Part shown: positions 16,637 through 25,461 of the stretch, one piece after another
How the letters are laid out: each line of letters starts with the position of its first letter
Numbering within the stretch: the stretch's first letter is position 1
Assembly (NCBI GenBank): GCA_964635715.1
Contig: CAZWNZ010000001.1
Coordinates: 204,358-246,121, forward strand
Direction: 5' to 3'
Length of the DNA: 41,764 nucleotides
Source of the DNA: an uncultured Gammaproteobacteria bacterium
Lineage (GTDB): Bacteria; Patescibacteriota; Microgenomatia; UBA8517
Notes under the pieces: generated by a model
What the model was told of the DNA's origin: nothing
The model's input: only the letters and a program-made list of their open reading frames with translations
The model's database searches: none
Program-made: the position numbers and the translations under genes

Positions 16637-16873
16637 TTAATCTTGACCAGATCTCTCATTTTTGCTTACTAATTCAGCTAATTCTTGTAAAGGTTTGACA
16701 ACGACATCTTGATAGTGTTCAAATTCCTGTTGGGTTGGGATATGTCTACCCGGAGAGTGTTTTTTAATCTCTTTTAAGCATCCTTGATAGGCGAGAACCT
16801 TTGCTATTCTTACTGCAGGTAAATCACCTAAATTTTGATCTTGTCCATCTTCTTTTCTCTCAGCCATGCGCAT
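16637..16873 (-). CDS. hypothetical small protein
   Basis: 78-aa ORF convergent with gdhA. A 14-nt perfect palindrome, TAATTTGCAAATTA (16893-16906), lies just upstream. Confidence 0.4.
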   Translation of the reverse strand: MRMAERKEDGQDQNLGDLPAVRIAKVLAYQGCLKEIKKHSPGRHIPTQQEFEHYQDVVVKPLQELAELVSKNERSGQD

Positions 16874-16927
16874 ATTCTATTGCCTGGTTTATTAATTTGC
16901 AAATTAGCTTTTTTATCGTCAATTTCC

Positions 16928-16955
16928 AAAAAAAAAAGAATGGTGCGACATTCTT
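16928..16955 (-). terminator. intrinsic terminator of the DUF5320-DUF134 operon
   Basis: On the minus strand: stem AAGAATG-tcgcac-CATTCTT followed by a run of about 9 T. Confidence 0.6.
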
Positions 16956-16992
16956 TTATCATGCATTAATATATCGTTAAAGAAGAGTTTAA

Positions 16993-17535
16993 TTACTCTC
17001 TGCAACAGTCGAGGGATTTTTGAATAATATCGTTTAGTTTTGAAAAGACGCTTGCTCCTCCTTTGATCTTGATTCCGTCCTCAAATTTTGAAGACTTGGA
17101 TTTATCCGAAAGTACAAGTCCCCAAAACAGTGTGTAAAGCTTGTAAGACTTTTGGAATAAATTTTCTGCTCGTTCGATTCCTTTTAGTCTCTCGCGACCT
17201 CGCAAAGCCTCGGCTTTCTTAAGTTCCTTGGTCCCAACTTCCATAACTCTCATGCTCGATGCTAGAAGGTGTTTTCCTATACACCAAACTTCACCTTCAT
17301 AATCCTTAATGATTCCTTTCAAAAGCTCTGTGCGCATGATTCTGACTTCATTTAGGAGGTCTAGGTACTTATGTTTTTTTAGTTTTCCGTAAGTGAAAAA
17401 AAGATGTTCCTCAATTGAGATAAGATTCATTATTCCAATCGAAAGATCCTCTCCTGAGGAAAGATCCAGGTTTTGCTCAATTTTAAAATTTTCAACTCTT
17501 TTAACCAGATCTTTGTATGTTTTTATTGTGTTCAT
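16993..17535 (-). CDS. hypothetical helical protein ending in DCCRE
   Basis: ATG 17535 forms an ATGA overlap with the upstream gene's stop. No recognised domain. Confidence 0.55.
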   Translation of the reverse strand: MNTIKTYKDLVKRVENFKIEQNLDLSSGEDLSIGIMNLISIEEHLFFTYGKLKKHKYLDLLNEVRIMRTELLKGIIKDYEGEVWCIGKHLLASSMRVMEVGTKELKKAEALRGRERLKGIERAENLFQKSYKLYTLFWGLVLSDKSKSSKFEDGIKIKGGASVFSKLNDIIQKSLDCCRE

Positions 17536-17990
17536 ATTAAGCCGCAAGATTCTTGGGTGACAAAATAAAATATCAGTGAGACTATTATAAGGAAAAGAAC
17601 AGGAAAGACAACTTTTTGGTAGGGAAAAAGTTGTTTACCACGAATTTTTCTTTCCTTTTTGTCTGCCCACACACCAATTAGAAAGGTGATTGACCCGATT
17701 GCAATTCCTAAAATAATCTTATCTATTCCCCAAAGACAATTTGTTAAAGCTCCGATTGAACCATTTAGTTTCAGTGGAATAATCGTCAGTAGATACATTA
17801 AGACGGTAGTAAGTAGTAAATAGTAAGTAGAGTGGAATTTGGACCATTTTTTAGAAATCCAATTGTAGGTAATGTAGGATAAAGAAAGAATAAGTGCTCC
17901 AATCCAGATTGAGATGACCACATCATCTATTCCCAGAAGTCTGGATAGACTCAGGCCTGCAACAACAGTTACTGTACAAACGGGACACAT
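17532..17990 (-). CDS. membrane protein with N-terminal CPVC motif (about 5 TM helices)
   Basis: The sequence begins MCPVCTV at the entry to TM1. Further Cys residues occur at LTNCLWG and at the C-terminal SCG. Confidence 0.6.
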   Translation of the reverse strand: MCPVCTVTVVAGLSLSRLLGIDDVVISIWIGALILSLSYITYNWISKKWSKFHSTYYLLLTTVLMYLLTIIPLKLNGSIGALTNCLWGIDKIILGIAIGSITFLIGVWADKKERKIRGKQLFPYQKVVFPVLFLIIVSLIFYFVTQESCGLI

Positions 17991-18006
17991 ACCTTAAATA
18001 ATAATA

Positions 18007-18021
18007 CCAATAAATACCAAT
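18007..18021. repeat. third copy of the 15-mer CCAATAAATACCAAT
   Basis: Identical to 14005-14019 and to the reverse complement of 14731-14745. Confidence 0.7.
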
Positions 18022-18040
18022 AAACCAATGACGTAATCAA

Positions 18041-18379
18041 TCAATCGGGCAAAATAGAACAGCCGGATTTCTTTACGATTTCGTCAAGTTTATTAAAATC
18101 ATGTTTACCCTCAATTCTGATGGCTTTCCCCATAACTATAGCTTCAGCAATCTTTTTATTTGCGCTTCCCAAAATCCTTGCAAATGTCGGTTGGGAAATT
18201 TTCATTTTCCCTGCGGCCGCAACTTGTTCAAGATTATCAATTTCATAAAGCTTTAATGCTTCAAGTTCGTCCGACTTTAGGTTAATTTCCTCAAGCTGAC
18301 GCAGGGGAATACCCTGGGGCTTAAAATAGAAAACTCCAGGACTAAAACGAACACACCGTGGAATTTTGTGTTTTGGCAT
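18041..18379 (-). CDS. DUF134 (UPF0251) family putative DNA-binding protein
   Basis: PRCVRFSPGVFYFKPQGIP...LEALKL...QVAAAGKMKISQPTFARIL (sigma-70 region 4-like HTH). Confidence 0.8.
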   Translation of the reverse strand: MPKHKIPRCVRFSPGVFYFKPQGIPLRQLEEINLKSDELEALKLYEIDNLEQVAAAGKMKISQPTFARILGSANKKIAEAIVMGKAIRIEGKHDFNKLDEIVKKSGCSILPD

Positions 18380-18391
18380 ACTTTAGTAATA

Positions 18392-18643
18392 TTACTCCTT
18401 ACCAAGCTCCTTTTCCTCGCTTGTGATATCTTCGAGTTCTTCTTTGAGAGCCTTTTTGTACTCCGAGAGGGCAACTAGTTTTTCCTCTTTAGTTGCAGGG
18501 TCAGCCCACGAACCAAAGTATCTTCCCAAGCCTCGTCTTGTACCGAATTTTCGGCGCCATCCGAGACCCAAACCGCAAGGCCCAAAGCCTCTACCGGTTC
18601 TGTTACCCATTCTTCCTGGCCCTGTTCCGTCAAAATTTGGCAT
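18392..18643 (-). CDS. DUF5320 family protein (Gly/Arg-rich N-terminus, coiled-coil C-terminus)
   Basis: MPNFDGTGPGRMGNRTGRGFGPCG..., preceded by a strong RBS (GGGAGGTGA). Confidence 0.7.
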   Translation of the reverse strand: MPNFDGTGPGRMGNRTGRGFGPCGLGLGWRRKFGTRRGLGRYFGSWADPATKEEKLVALSEYKKALKEELEDITSEEKELGKE

Positions 18644-18676
18644 ATTTTTATCACCTCCCTTATTGAATATGTATTC

Positions 18677-18704
18677 ATTATAATTGATTTAAATTGTTTG
18701 TCAA
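18677..18704 (-). promoter_or_regulatory. sigma-70-type promoter of the DUF5320 operon
   Basis: On the minus strand: TTGACA, 16-nt spacer, TATAAT. Confidence 0.6.
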
Positions 18705-18717
18705 CATTCTTTAGTTC

Positions 18718-18747
18718 TTGACGCAACCGACACATAGAAGGTATATT
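18718..18747 (+). promoter_or_regulatory. candidate trxA promoter
   Basis: TTGACG, 18-nt spacer, TATATT, located 25 nt upstream of the ATG. Confidence 0.4.
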
Positions 18748-18771
18748 GATCTTTAGTTGTAGTTCAAAAAT

Positions 18772-19092
18772 ATGGCATGTATTGATATAACAGATCAAGA
18801 TTTTGACACTAAAGTACTTCAAAGTAGTATTCCAGTCCTTGTTGATTTTTGGGCTCCTTGGTGCGGGCCATGCAAAATGGCCGGACCTGTTCTTGAGGAG
18901 CTCTCCGAACTTTACAAAGACAAAGTGGCAATAGTCAAGCTTAATGTTGATCAAAATCAGGCCAACCCTCAGAAATATGGAGTAATGTCTATTCCAACGA
19001 CGATTCTCTTTAAAGGGGGAGCCGAAGTTGGCCGTGAGGTTGGTTTTTCTGGAAAAGAAGTTTTTGAAGAGTTGATTAAAAAAAGTCTATAA
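18772..19092 (+). CDS. trxA: thioredoxin
   Basis: WCGPC active site; 106 aa. Confidence 0.92.
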   Translation: MACIDITDQDFDTKVLQSSIPVLVDFWAPWCGPCKMAGPVLEELSELYKDKVAIVKLNVDQNQANPQKYGVMSIPTTILFKGGAEVGREVGFSGKEVFEELIKKSL

Positions 19093-19142
19093 GATTTGAG
19101 TATAAAAGTAATGAGTCAAGAAATGAATGGAGGTGATAATTA

Positions 19143-19460
19143 ATGGACAATAATCAAACACAAGATCCAACAATGAATCCAACAGCCCCAATAGATCCAG
19201 CTGTCCAAACACCAGCTGTTGATCCGATGGCGGGCCAGGTTCCTACACAGGCACCTGTAGCTGAAACACCCGTTTCACCTGTTATGCCTGAACCGGTTAC
19301 TACTCCCGTTCCGGAACCAACCGTGCCGGTAGTAGAGGAACCGATAGCACCTGTAGTGGAAACACCAGTTGCACCCAATATGCCTGAACCAGTTGCACCA
19401 CAAGGTGGAGATGTAGGTGGAGAACAAACACCTCCAACCACGCCTCCCTATACAGTGTAA
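19143..19460 (+). CDS. proline/valine/threonine-rich low-complexity protein
   Basis: Good RBS (GGAGGTGA) 7 nt upstream. Contains imperfect repeats of PEPV/PVVE and has no signal peptide. Confidence 0.5.
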   Translation: MDNNQTQDPTMNPTAPIDPAVQTPAVDPMAGQVPTQAPVAETPVSPVMPEPVTTPVPEPTVPVVEEPIAPVVETPVAPNMPEPVAPQGGDVGGEQTPPTTPPYTV

Positions 19461-19555
19461 TAGGTTAGGAATTTGTAAGAAGGAGTCCCTCGATTACACT
19501 CGGGATTATAATCCTGAGCTTGTCGAAGGATTCTTTCTTGGTAGTAAAAACAAAT

Positions 19556-20518
19556 ATGGAAAAACAAATCTTTGCAAAAAAGCCTGAAAAAAATGAGGGA
19601 CCTTGGGATGTTGCAGTAATAGGTTCCGGCCCTGCAGGTTTTACAGCTGCTATTTATATGACTCGCGGAGCAGCTTCGACTATTATTTTTGGCGGAGAGG
19701 TTTGGGGAGGACAGCTTATGCTGACATCCAATATCGATAATTTCCCGGGGTTTCCGGGGGGCATTTTAGGATCGGATTTGATGAGCAATATGAAGGATCA
19801 GGCTGAACGCTTCGGAGCGGAGTTTGTTCCCGTCAACATTGAGGGGATAGATTCAGGCAAGTCTCCTTTTGAGATAAAAGCAGGCGGAAAAGTCTATACT
19901 GCACGATCCATCATTATTGCAACAGGCGCACAAACGCTTTGGCTTGATGCCCCCGGAGTTAAAGAACTTGTTGGTAAGGGAATCTCATCTTGTGCTCCAT
20001 GCGACGCTCCGTTTTTCAGAGATAAAAAAGTAGCTGTTGTCGGAGGGGGGGACTCTGCAATGGAGGAAGCTCATGTTTTAACAAAATATGCCTCTGAAGT
20101 CACAATAATTCATAGGAGAAATGAATTCAGAGCCTCGGCTGCGATGCAGGAAAAAGTGAAAGAGAACCCTAAAATTAAAATAATGTGGAATACGGAGGTA
20201 GTTAAAGCCAACGGGGAAACAAAATTGGAAAGTTTGAGCCTAAAAAATAACGAAACCGGAGAAACTGCAGATGTTCCCTTTGACGGTCTTTTTATTGCAA
20301 TCGGGCATAAGCCTGCAAGTGATATTTTTAACGGAATTATAGATCGTGATGAGAAAGGATATATTGCTCAGACGAACTGGCACTGTGGTACAAACGTAAA
20401 AGGAATTTTTGCGGCGGGGGACGTTATGGATAAGCACTTCAAACAAGCAATTGTTGCCTCAGGCATGGGTTGCATTGCTGCAATGGAGACTCTAAGATAC
20501 TTAGAATCTAGTGGCTAG
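19556..20518 (+). CDS. trxB: thioredoxin-disulfide reductase
   Basis: FAD motif GSGPAG, redox CAPC, NADPH motif GGGDSA. ATG 19556 is preferred over the TTG at 19520. Confidence 0.9.
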   Translation: MEKQIFAKKPEKNEGPWDVAVIGSGPAGFTAAIYMTRGAASTIIFGGEVWGGQLMLTSNIDNFPGFPGGILGSDLMSNMKDQAERFGAEFVPVNIEGIDSGKSPFEIKAGGKVYTARSIIIATGAQTLWLDAPGVKELVGKGISSCAPCDAPFFRDKKVAVVGGGDSAMEEAHVLTKYASEVTIIHRRNEFRASAAMQEKVKENPKIKIMWNTEVVKANGETKLESLSLKNNETGETADVPFDGLFIAIGHKPASDIFNGIIDRDEKGYIAQTNWHCGTNVKGIFAAGDVMDKHFKQAIVASGMGCIAAMETLRYLESSG

Positions 20519-20568
20519 AATTTGGGATCTAGGTTGACAATAAGCGCGTTTTGGTGCAGAATTATCAC

Positions 20569-21369
20569 ATGTCAGGGAAAGAAAAAACTCCAATAGATAT
20601 AAAACAGTTTTTTATTCCGATCTTAGTGGTGGTCGCGATAGGTCTGGCTTTCTTCTCGGGTACTTTATGGCAAAAAGTCAGGAATGTGGGTGTCGACAAA
20701 AACACCAAAACAGGTGAAGAGGCAACTGCCGAAACGACTTCTGTGTCTCTGGATACTATAAAGGGGCTTTTTGATAAAGACTTAGTCAAATTTGGCGATG
20801 CAAATGATGAAGTTATTTTTGTTGAAATGTCGGATCCCTCTTGTCCTTATTGTTCCATAGCCGATGGACACAACCCTGAGCTTAGTGCAAGCGCAGGAGA
20901 TAGGTTTACATATCTTTCCGAAGGGGGGAGCTATGTTCCTCCCGGGACGGAAATAGAAAAATTAGTTGCAGAAGGCAAGGCTTCTTATATATTTATTTAT
21001 TATCCCGGACACGGCAATGGAGAAATGGGAACGAAGGCACTGTACTGTGCTTATGAACAGGGTAAGTTCTGGGAGGCCAGAAAACTTATTACAAGCAGTG
21101 CAGGATATAGCCTTTGGAATGAAACCGTTAAAAATGATTCCACAAAGTCGGATGTTGTTGCGGAATTCCTTAAGTCAGTGACAGACTACAATACAATGAA
21201 ATCCTGTCTTGATAGCGGCAAATATGATGAAAGACTTGAGGCGGATTCCCAAATTGCTGTTGAGTTAGGAATCCAGGGAACTCCAAATTTTTATGTAAAC
21301 GACACAAACTTCATGGGTGCTTACAGCTACTCTGACATGGAGTCGATTGTTGATGCAGCTTTAAAATAA
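20569..21369 (+). CDS. membrane-anchored DsbA-like thiol:disulfide oxidoreductase
   Basis: N-terminal TM anchor, CPYC active site, C-terminal GTPNFYV. Confidence 0.8.
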   Translation: MSGKEKTPIDIKQFFIPILVVVAIGLAFFSGTLWQKVRNVGVDKNTKTGEEATAETTSVSLDTIKGLFDKDLVKFGDANDEVIFVEMSDPSCPYCSIADGHNPELSASAGDRFTYLSEGGSYVPPGTEIEKLVAEGKASYIFIYYPGHGNGEMGTKALYCAYEQGKFWEARKLITSSAGYSLWNETVKNDSTKSDVVAEFLKSVTDYNTMKSCLDSGKYDERLEADSQIAVELGIQGTPNFYVNDTNFMGAYSYSDMESIVDAALK

Positions 21370-21404
21370 ACTTCACAAAGGTATTACGGGTGTAACAATA
21401 CAAT

Positions 21405-22286
21405 ATGGACATGAATAAACCCCACTTCGCTAAAGCCTCGAGGAGTAGGCAAGGAAGTAAAATTAATGAGATCTCCACTTCTCATGTAAAGATAGGTGTT
21501 CCGGTTGAGAAAAATCTATTATTGAAAAGGGTTCTTGATGAGATAAATTCAAACCGCGAAATAAAAACTCTTTGGAGAATAATGAATGTAAATGCAATTG
21601 AACGGCTTGGCTATACGGACCACGGCCCCATGCATTTCAATGTGGTTGCCAATTACGGGCTTCAAATTGCTAGGATTTTAAATAAAAAGGGCGTGAAGAT
21701 GTCAATCACCAAGGATTTTGGTTTAAGTTACGAATATGCGGAAGTTGTCATATTTTTAGCTTCAATTATGCATGATCTCGGAATGAGCATTCATAGGGTT
21801 AATCATGAACAATTCAGTTTATTTATTGCCAGAGATTTTTTGAAGGAAATATTAAGCTTCTTACCTATTGAGGAAAGAACTGTGGTGACTTCAGAAACCC
21901 TACATGCAATTATCAGTCATAGTCATGGAAGTGCAGGAAAAACCTCAACAATTGAAGGCGGAATTGTGAGAATTGCTGATGCGCTTGATATGAGTAAAGG
22001 TAGAAGTCGTATTCCATATCAAATGGGGCAAATTGATATACATAGTGTCTCGGCAAATGCGATTGAAAGCGTAATTGTTGCGGAAGGGAAAAAAATGGAT
22101 TCAACAAGCTCATCACCTAAGCCCGTTGAAATAAAAATTGTAATGACGACTGAGGCCGGAGTATTCCAACTTGATGATTTTGTTGAAGAAAAATTGGAAA
22201 CCTCAGGGCTTTCCAAATATATCCACGTTAAATCATTCTTAAAAGAGGAGGGGAGAGAAAGGATTTATAAGGATTACCTTTCTTAA
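21405..22286 (+). CDS. HD-domain metal-dependent phosphohydrolase
   Basis: HD motif MHDLGMS plus downstream His residues. Confidence 0.7.
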   Translation: MDMNKPHFAKASRSRQGSKINEISTSHVKIGVPVEKNLLLKRVLDEINSNREIKTLWRIMNVNAIERLGYTDHGPMHFNVVANYGLQIARILNKKGVKMSITKDFGLSYEYAEVVIFLASIMHDLGMSIHRVNHEQFSLFIARDFLKEILSFLPIEERTVVTSETLHAIISHSHGSAGKTSTIEGGIVRIADALDMSKGRSRIPYQMGQIDIHSVSANAIESVIVAEGKKMDSTSSSPKPVEIKIVMTTEAGVFQLDDFVEEKLETSGLSKYIHVKSFLKEEGRERIYKDYLS

Positions 22287-22289
22287 TTA

Positions 22290-23141
22290 TTAGTATTCTT
22301 TTTCCAAACTTACGGATTTTCGTTCACACATTTGTTTTGCTGCTTCAACTGCAGGAGTAAAAACGACACCCATTTCTTGGGCTTTAGTCGTATCTATGTA
22401 CGGAAGATTTCCATAACCTATTTCAAGTGGGGAAATTTTCGAATAACATCTTTTAAAAGTATCCTTTTCTATTATTTGAGCAAGGTCAAAATTTGATAGA
22501 ACCTCAGGTCCCGCAAAATTAAAAATGCCGGATACGTCTTTTTCAATCAGTTGGTGAACTCCTTCTACAATGTCCTCAACAAAAACGGGTTGTGCCTTTA
22601 TTGTTTTCATTTTTCCTCCTTCCTTAATTGCATTTAAAAACCATCCTCCCGAACCGTAAATATTAGACGGCCTGATTATTAGGTGGTTTGGAAGCTGTGA
22701 AACATATGTTTCTGATTGCAGTTTTAAAGTGCTGTATAAGTCTGGTGGGTTAGGGGTACTCGTTTCATCGTATTTACGACCGTCTCCATCTTTTGTTCCA
22801 TAGACTTTTGTTGATGAAATGAAAACAAGTTTACCTTGATATTTTTTCATTGCATTTACCACATTTTCATTTCCAATTAGATTAGTTTGAAATGCTTTTT
22901 CGGGATTATTTTTAACATATTCGGAGCTATTGATGTTGCCAGCATTTATAACAATATCCGGTTGGCTTTTCCGAAAAAATGATTCTACAGATTTACCGTC
23001 AGATATGTCTAAATGTTCAAGACCGTTTTTAGGATGTCGATTGTATGTACCGATTATTTCGACTCCGGCGCATGATTGCATTTTTTGAAGTAAGTGAGAG
23101 CCTAAAAAACCAGAAGCACCTATAATTAGGATTTTTGTCAC
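22290..23141 (-). CDS. NAD-dependent epimerase/dehydratase family protein (RmlD-like)
   Basis: Rossmann motif ILIIGASGFLGSHL. Confidence 0.8.
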   Translation of the reverse strand: MTKILIIGASGFLGSHLLQKMQSCAGVEIIGTYNRHPKNGLEHLDISDGKSVESFFRKSQPDIVINAGNINSSEYVKNNPEKAFQTNLIGNENVVNAMKKYQGKLVFISSTKVYGTKDGDGRKYDETSTPNPPDLYSTLKLQSETYVSQLPNHLIIRPSNIYGSGGWFLNAIKEGGKMKTIKAQPVFVEDIVEGVHQLIEKDVSGIFNFAGPEVLSNFDLAQIIEKDTFKRCYSKISPLEIGYGNLPYIDTTKAQEMGVVFTPAVEAAKQMCERKSVSLEKEY

Positions 23142-23178
23142 GCCTTCATTATTGATTTATGTATCCTGTAAGTCAAGT

Positions 23179-23715
23179 CTATAAGCTCTCTAATACTTTG
23201 TAAGCCATTATGGCGGCACTGCCCCAAACATTTAAGGATTTATTAACTCCAAACATTGGAAGCTCAACCACAATATCTGCCAAGTCCAACACTTCTTCGG
23301 AAATTCCCTCTGTTTCGTTTCCGATGACTATGGCACATGGAAAGCGGACTTTAGTAGATAGTAGCTGGTAGCTAGTAGATAGGGGGGATTGCTCAACGCA
23401 AATTATTTGCACACCCTTCTCTCTTAATTCCTTTATTGCGTCTGTGGTTTTATCACACTTTTTCCAAGGAACCCATTCTTCTGTCCCGACAGCTGCTTTA
23501 TGGATTCGGCTGTTTGGGGGATATTCGCTTTCTCCACAGATGTACATTTTTTCAGCAGCAATTGCGTCGGAAAGACGGAACAAAGAGCCAATATTGTAGG
23601 TATCTATTACTCTGTCTAAAACTAGGTAGATGGGGTTTCTTTTTATTGTTGCATAAGTTTCGGGAGTGGGCTTAGTTTTTCTTAAAGCTTTTGCTCCCAA
23701 TTTGTATTTTTCCAT
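23179..23715 (-). CDS. SpoU/TrmH family RNA 2'-O-methyltransferase
   Basis: NIGSLFR, GNETEGIS and SLNVWGSAAI motifs. Confidence 0.8.
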   Translation of the reverse strand: MEKYKLGAKALRKTKPTPETYATIKRNPIYLVLDRVIDTYNIGSLFRLSDAIAAEKMYICGESEYPPNSRIHKAAVGTEEWVPWKKCDKTTDAIKELREKGVQIICVEQSPLSTSYQLLSTKVRFPCAIVIGNETEGISEEVLDLADIVVELPMFGVNKSLNVWGSAAIMAYKVLESL

Positions 23716-23777
23716 ATGCGAATTATATCAGGATAGTCTTTGACTTTTAATACCTTTACCACTATCCTTTGAGGAAT

Positions 23778-25340
23778 ATGGACAGCCTCAACGCAAATGG
23801 GAGCGATCTGGTTAAAGGCTTAAACTACGCATTAAAGAAACTTGAATCTTCCGAGGAAACCATCAAGACTTCAAAAGCAGCCTCATCTTTGGCAGTTGCC
23901 TATGAAACAGCCAGAAACGCTGTTGAATTCAGAAGTGAACATTTAATCAGACAGGCTGCCATTGTTAGAATCTTTAAACGCAGACTACTACTTAAGGAAT
24001 CCAGTAAACGCGTTGCTCCGCTTCTGATACGTGAGCTTATTTGGGCGCATTATTTGAAAAACGACTCCGTACCTGTAAGTAAGGTTGATGAGATTGAAAA
24101 TATTATTGATAAATATAATAGAGCGATCTCATTATCAAATAACGGTGAAGTTCGTGACTGGCTTGTGGGGTTAGCCAGCTGTGAAATTGAAGAGTCTTTG
24201 GTTTTTAATCCATACCCACAGCTTTTAATTAATTTTGTAGCCGAAAGCTTACAGCCCAGAATTGAAATTTCGGGAAACACAGAAGAAAAGTTTAAAGATA
24301 TTCAGGTTTATATTGCAGTTGAGAGGGCTTTTGCTAAAAACAGTGAAATTTATATCACTTACCACCTGCTTAAAGGGTTTTGTCCGGAATGGTTTGGGGC
24401 AAGAAATGAAAAAGCCGGAGATCTTTTATCAAAGCTTTTGGAGGCTAAAAAAGAGACAGATGGGCATCTTGGTTACTTTCTTGCTCCTGAAGTTAAAAAA
24501 GAAGTATCTAAAATGACGCCTCCGTTTAACTTAATTCGTGAGATGATTGTCAAAGATCCTGAAGGGTTCATTAAAGCCGCAACATCACAGGAAGAGTTCG
24601 ATAAAAATGCAACGGATCTTTTGGAAAAGCTTTATTCTGAGACCAGAAAAAAATCCGTTAAAGCTTCAACGAGAAGCATTATTTATATCTTTTTAACAAA
24701 AATGATATTGGGTATGTCCTTGGAGTTGCCGTTTGATTTAATTATTGGAAGAACTAACTATTTAGCCCTGTTTATTAATATGATTTTTCCGCCGGCATTG
24801 ATGTTTCTGTTAAACACCGGCATAGTGAATCCCGATAGTGAAAACAGCGGGCGAATTTTAAAAAAAGTTCATGAATATATTTATTCCGATAAGAGTCCTG
24901 TTGTAATTGAAATAAAGAGAAGACAAAAAGCGGTGACAATAATCGGCACAATCTTTTGGGCGGTATATGGAATTTTCTTTATTAGCGTTTTTGCTTTTAT
25001 TGTCTGGGGTTTGGGAAAGCTTCACTTTAATCCCGTCAGTCAGGCAATATTTATTTTCTTCGTTTGCGTGGTCTCATTTTTTGCCTACAGAGTCAAAAGC
25101 ATGTCAAAAGAATATCTTTACCAGGAATCCCGCGAAGGCATTTTATCTTCATTGGTCGATTTTCTTTTCCTCCCAATGCTCAAAGTAGGGCAGTGGCTTT
25201 CGGGACAAATTGCAAAATTGAATGTTTTGGGATTTATACTGGACTTCATAATTGAGGCACCACTTAAGGCGTTTCTGGAAGTGGTGGAAGAGTGGGTTCA
25301 CTTCGTAAGGGCCAAAAAAGAGGAAATATTTACGGAATAA
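23778..25340 (+). CDS. large membrane protein of unknown function
   Basis: Soluble N-terminal half followed by C-terminal TM helices. ATG 23778 lies downstream of the track's TTG start. Confidence 0.55.
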   Translation: MDSLNANGSDLVKGLNYALKKLESSEETIKTSKAASSLAVAYETARNAVEFRSEHLIRQAAIVRIFKRRLLLKESSKRVAPLLIRELIWAHYLKNDSVPVSKVDEIENIIDKYNRAISLSNNGEVRDWLVGLASCEIEESLVFNPYPQLLINFVAESLQPRIEISGNTEEKFKDIQVYIAVERAFAKNSEIYITYHLLKGFCPEWFGARNEKAGDLLSKLLEAKKETDGHLGYFLAPEVKKEVSKMTPPFNLIREMIVKDPEGFIKAATSQEEFDKNATDLLEKLYSETRKKSVKASTRSIIYIFLTKMILGMSLELPFDLIIGRTNYLALFINMIFPPALMFLLNTGIVNPDSENSGRILKKVHEYIYSDKSPVVIEIKRRQKAVTIIGTIFWAVYGIFFISVFAFIVWGLGKLHFNPVSQAIFIFFVCVVSFFAYRVKSMSKEYLYQESREGILSSLVDFLFLPMLKVGQWLSGQIAKLNVLGFILDFIIEAPLKAFLEVVEEWVHFVRAKKEEIFTE

Positions 25341-25440
25341 AACCTTTCTGAAAATTAAGTGGGATTTTGGGGTCAGACTTCAGGGGCGGGTTTAGATAGG
25401 ATTAAATAAAGAATGGGTGGCAACTGAGCTTGGGGTGAGG

Positions 25441-25446
25441 TATAAT
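25441..25446 (+). promoter_or_regulatory. candidate -10 box (TATAAT) for the tRNA-Lys / GIY-YIG / tRNA-Glu unit
   Basis: A perfect TATAAT 16 nt upstream of the leader hairpin. The -35 is weak. Confidence 0.35.
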
Positions 25447-25461
25447 ACTGAGTAATTCTAC

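Noticed and set aside
19154-19441. A 95-aa Gly/Thr-rich ORF on the minus strand.
   Set aside because: It is a mirror image of the proline-rich plus-strand ORF, which has the RBS and the operon context.
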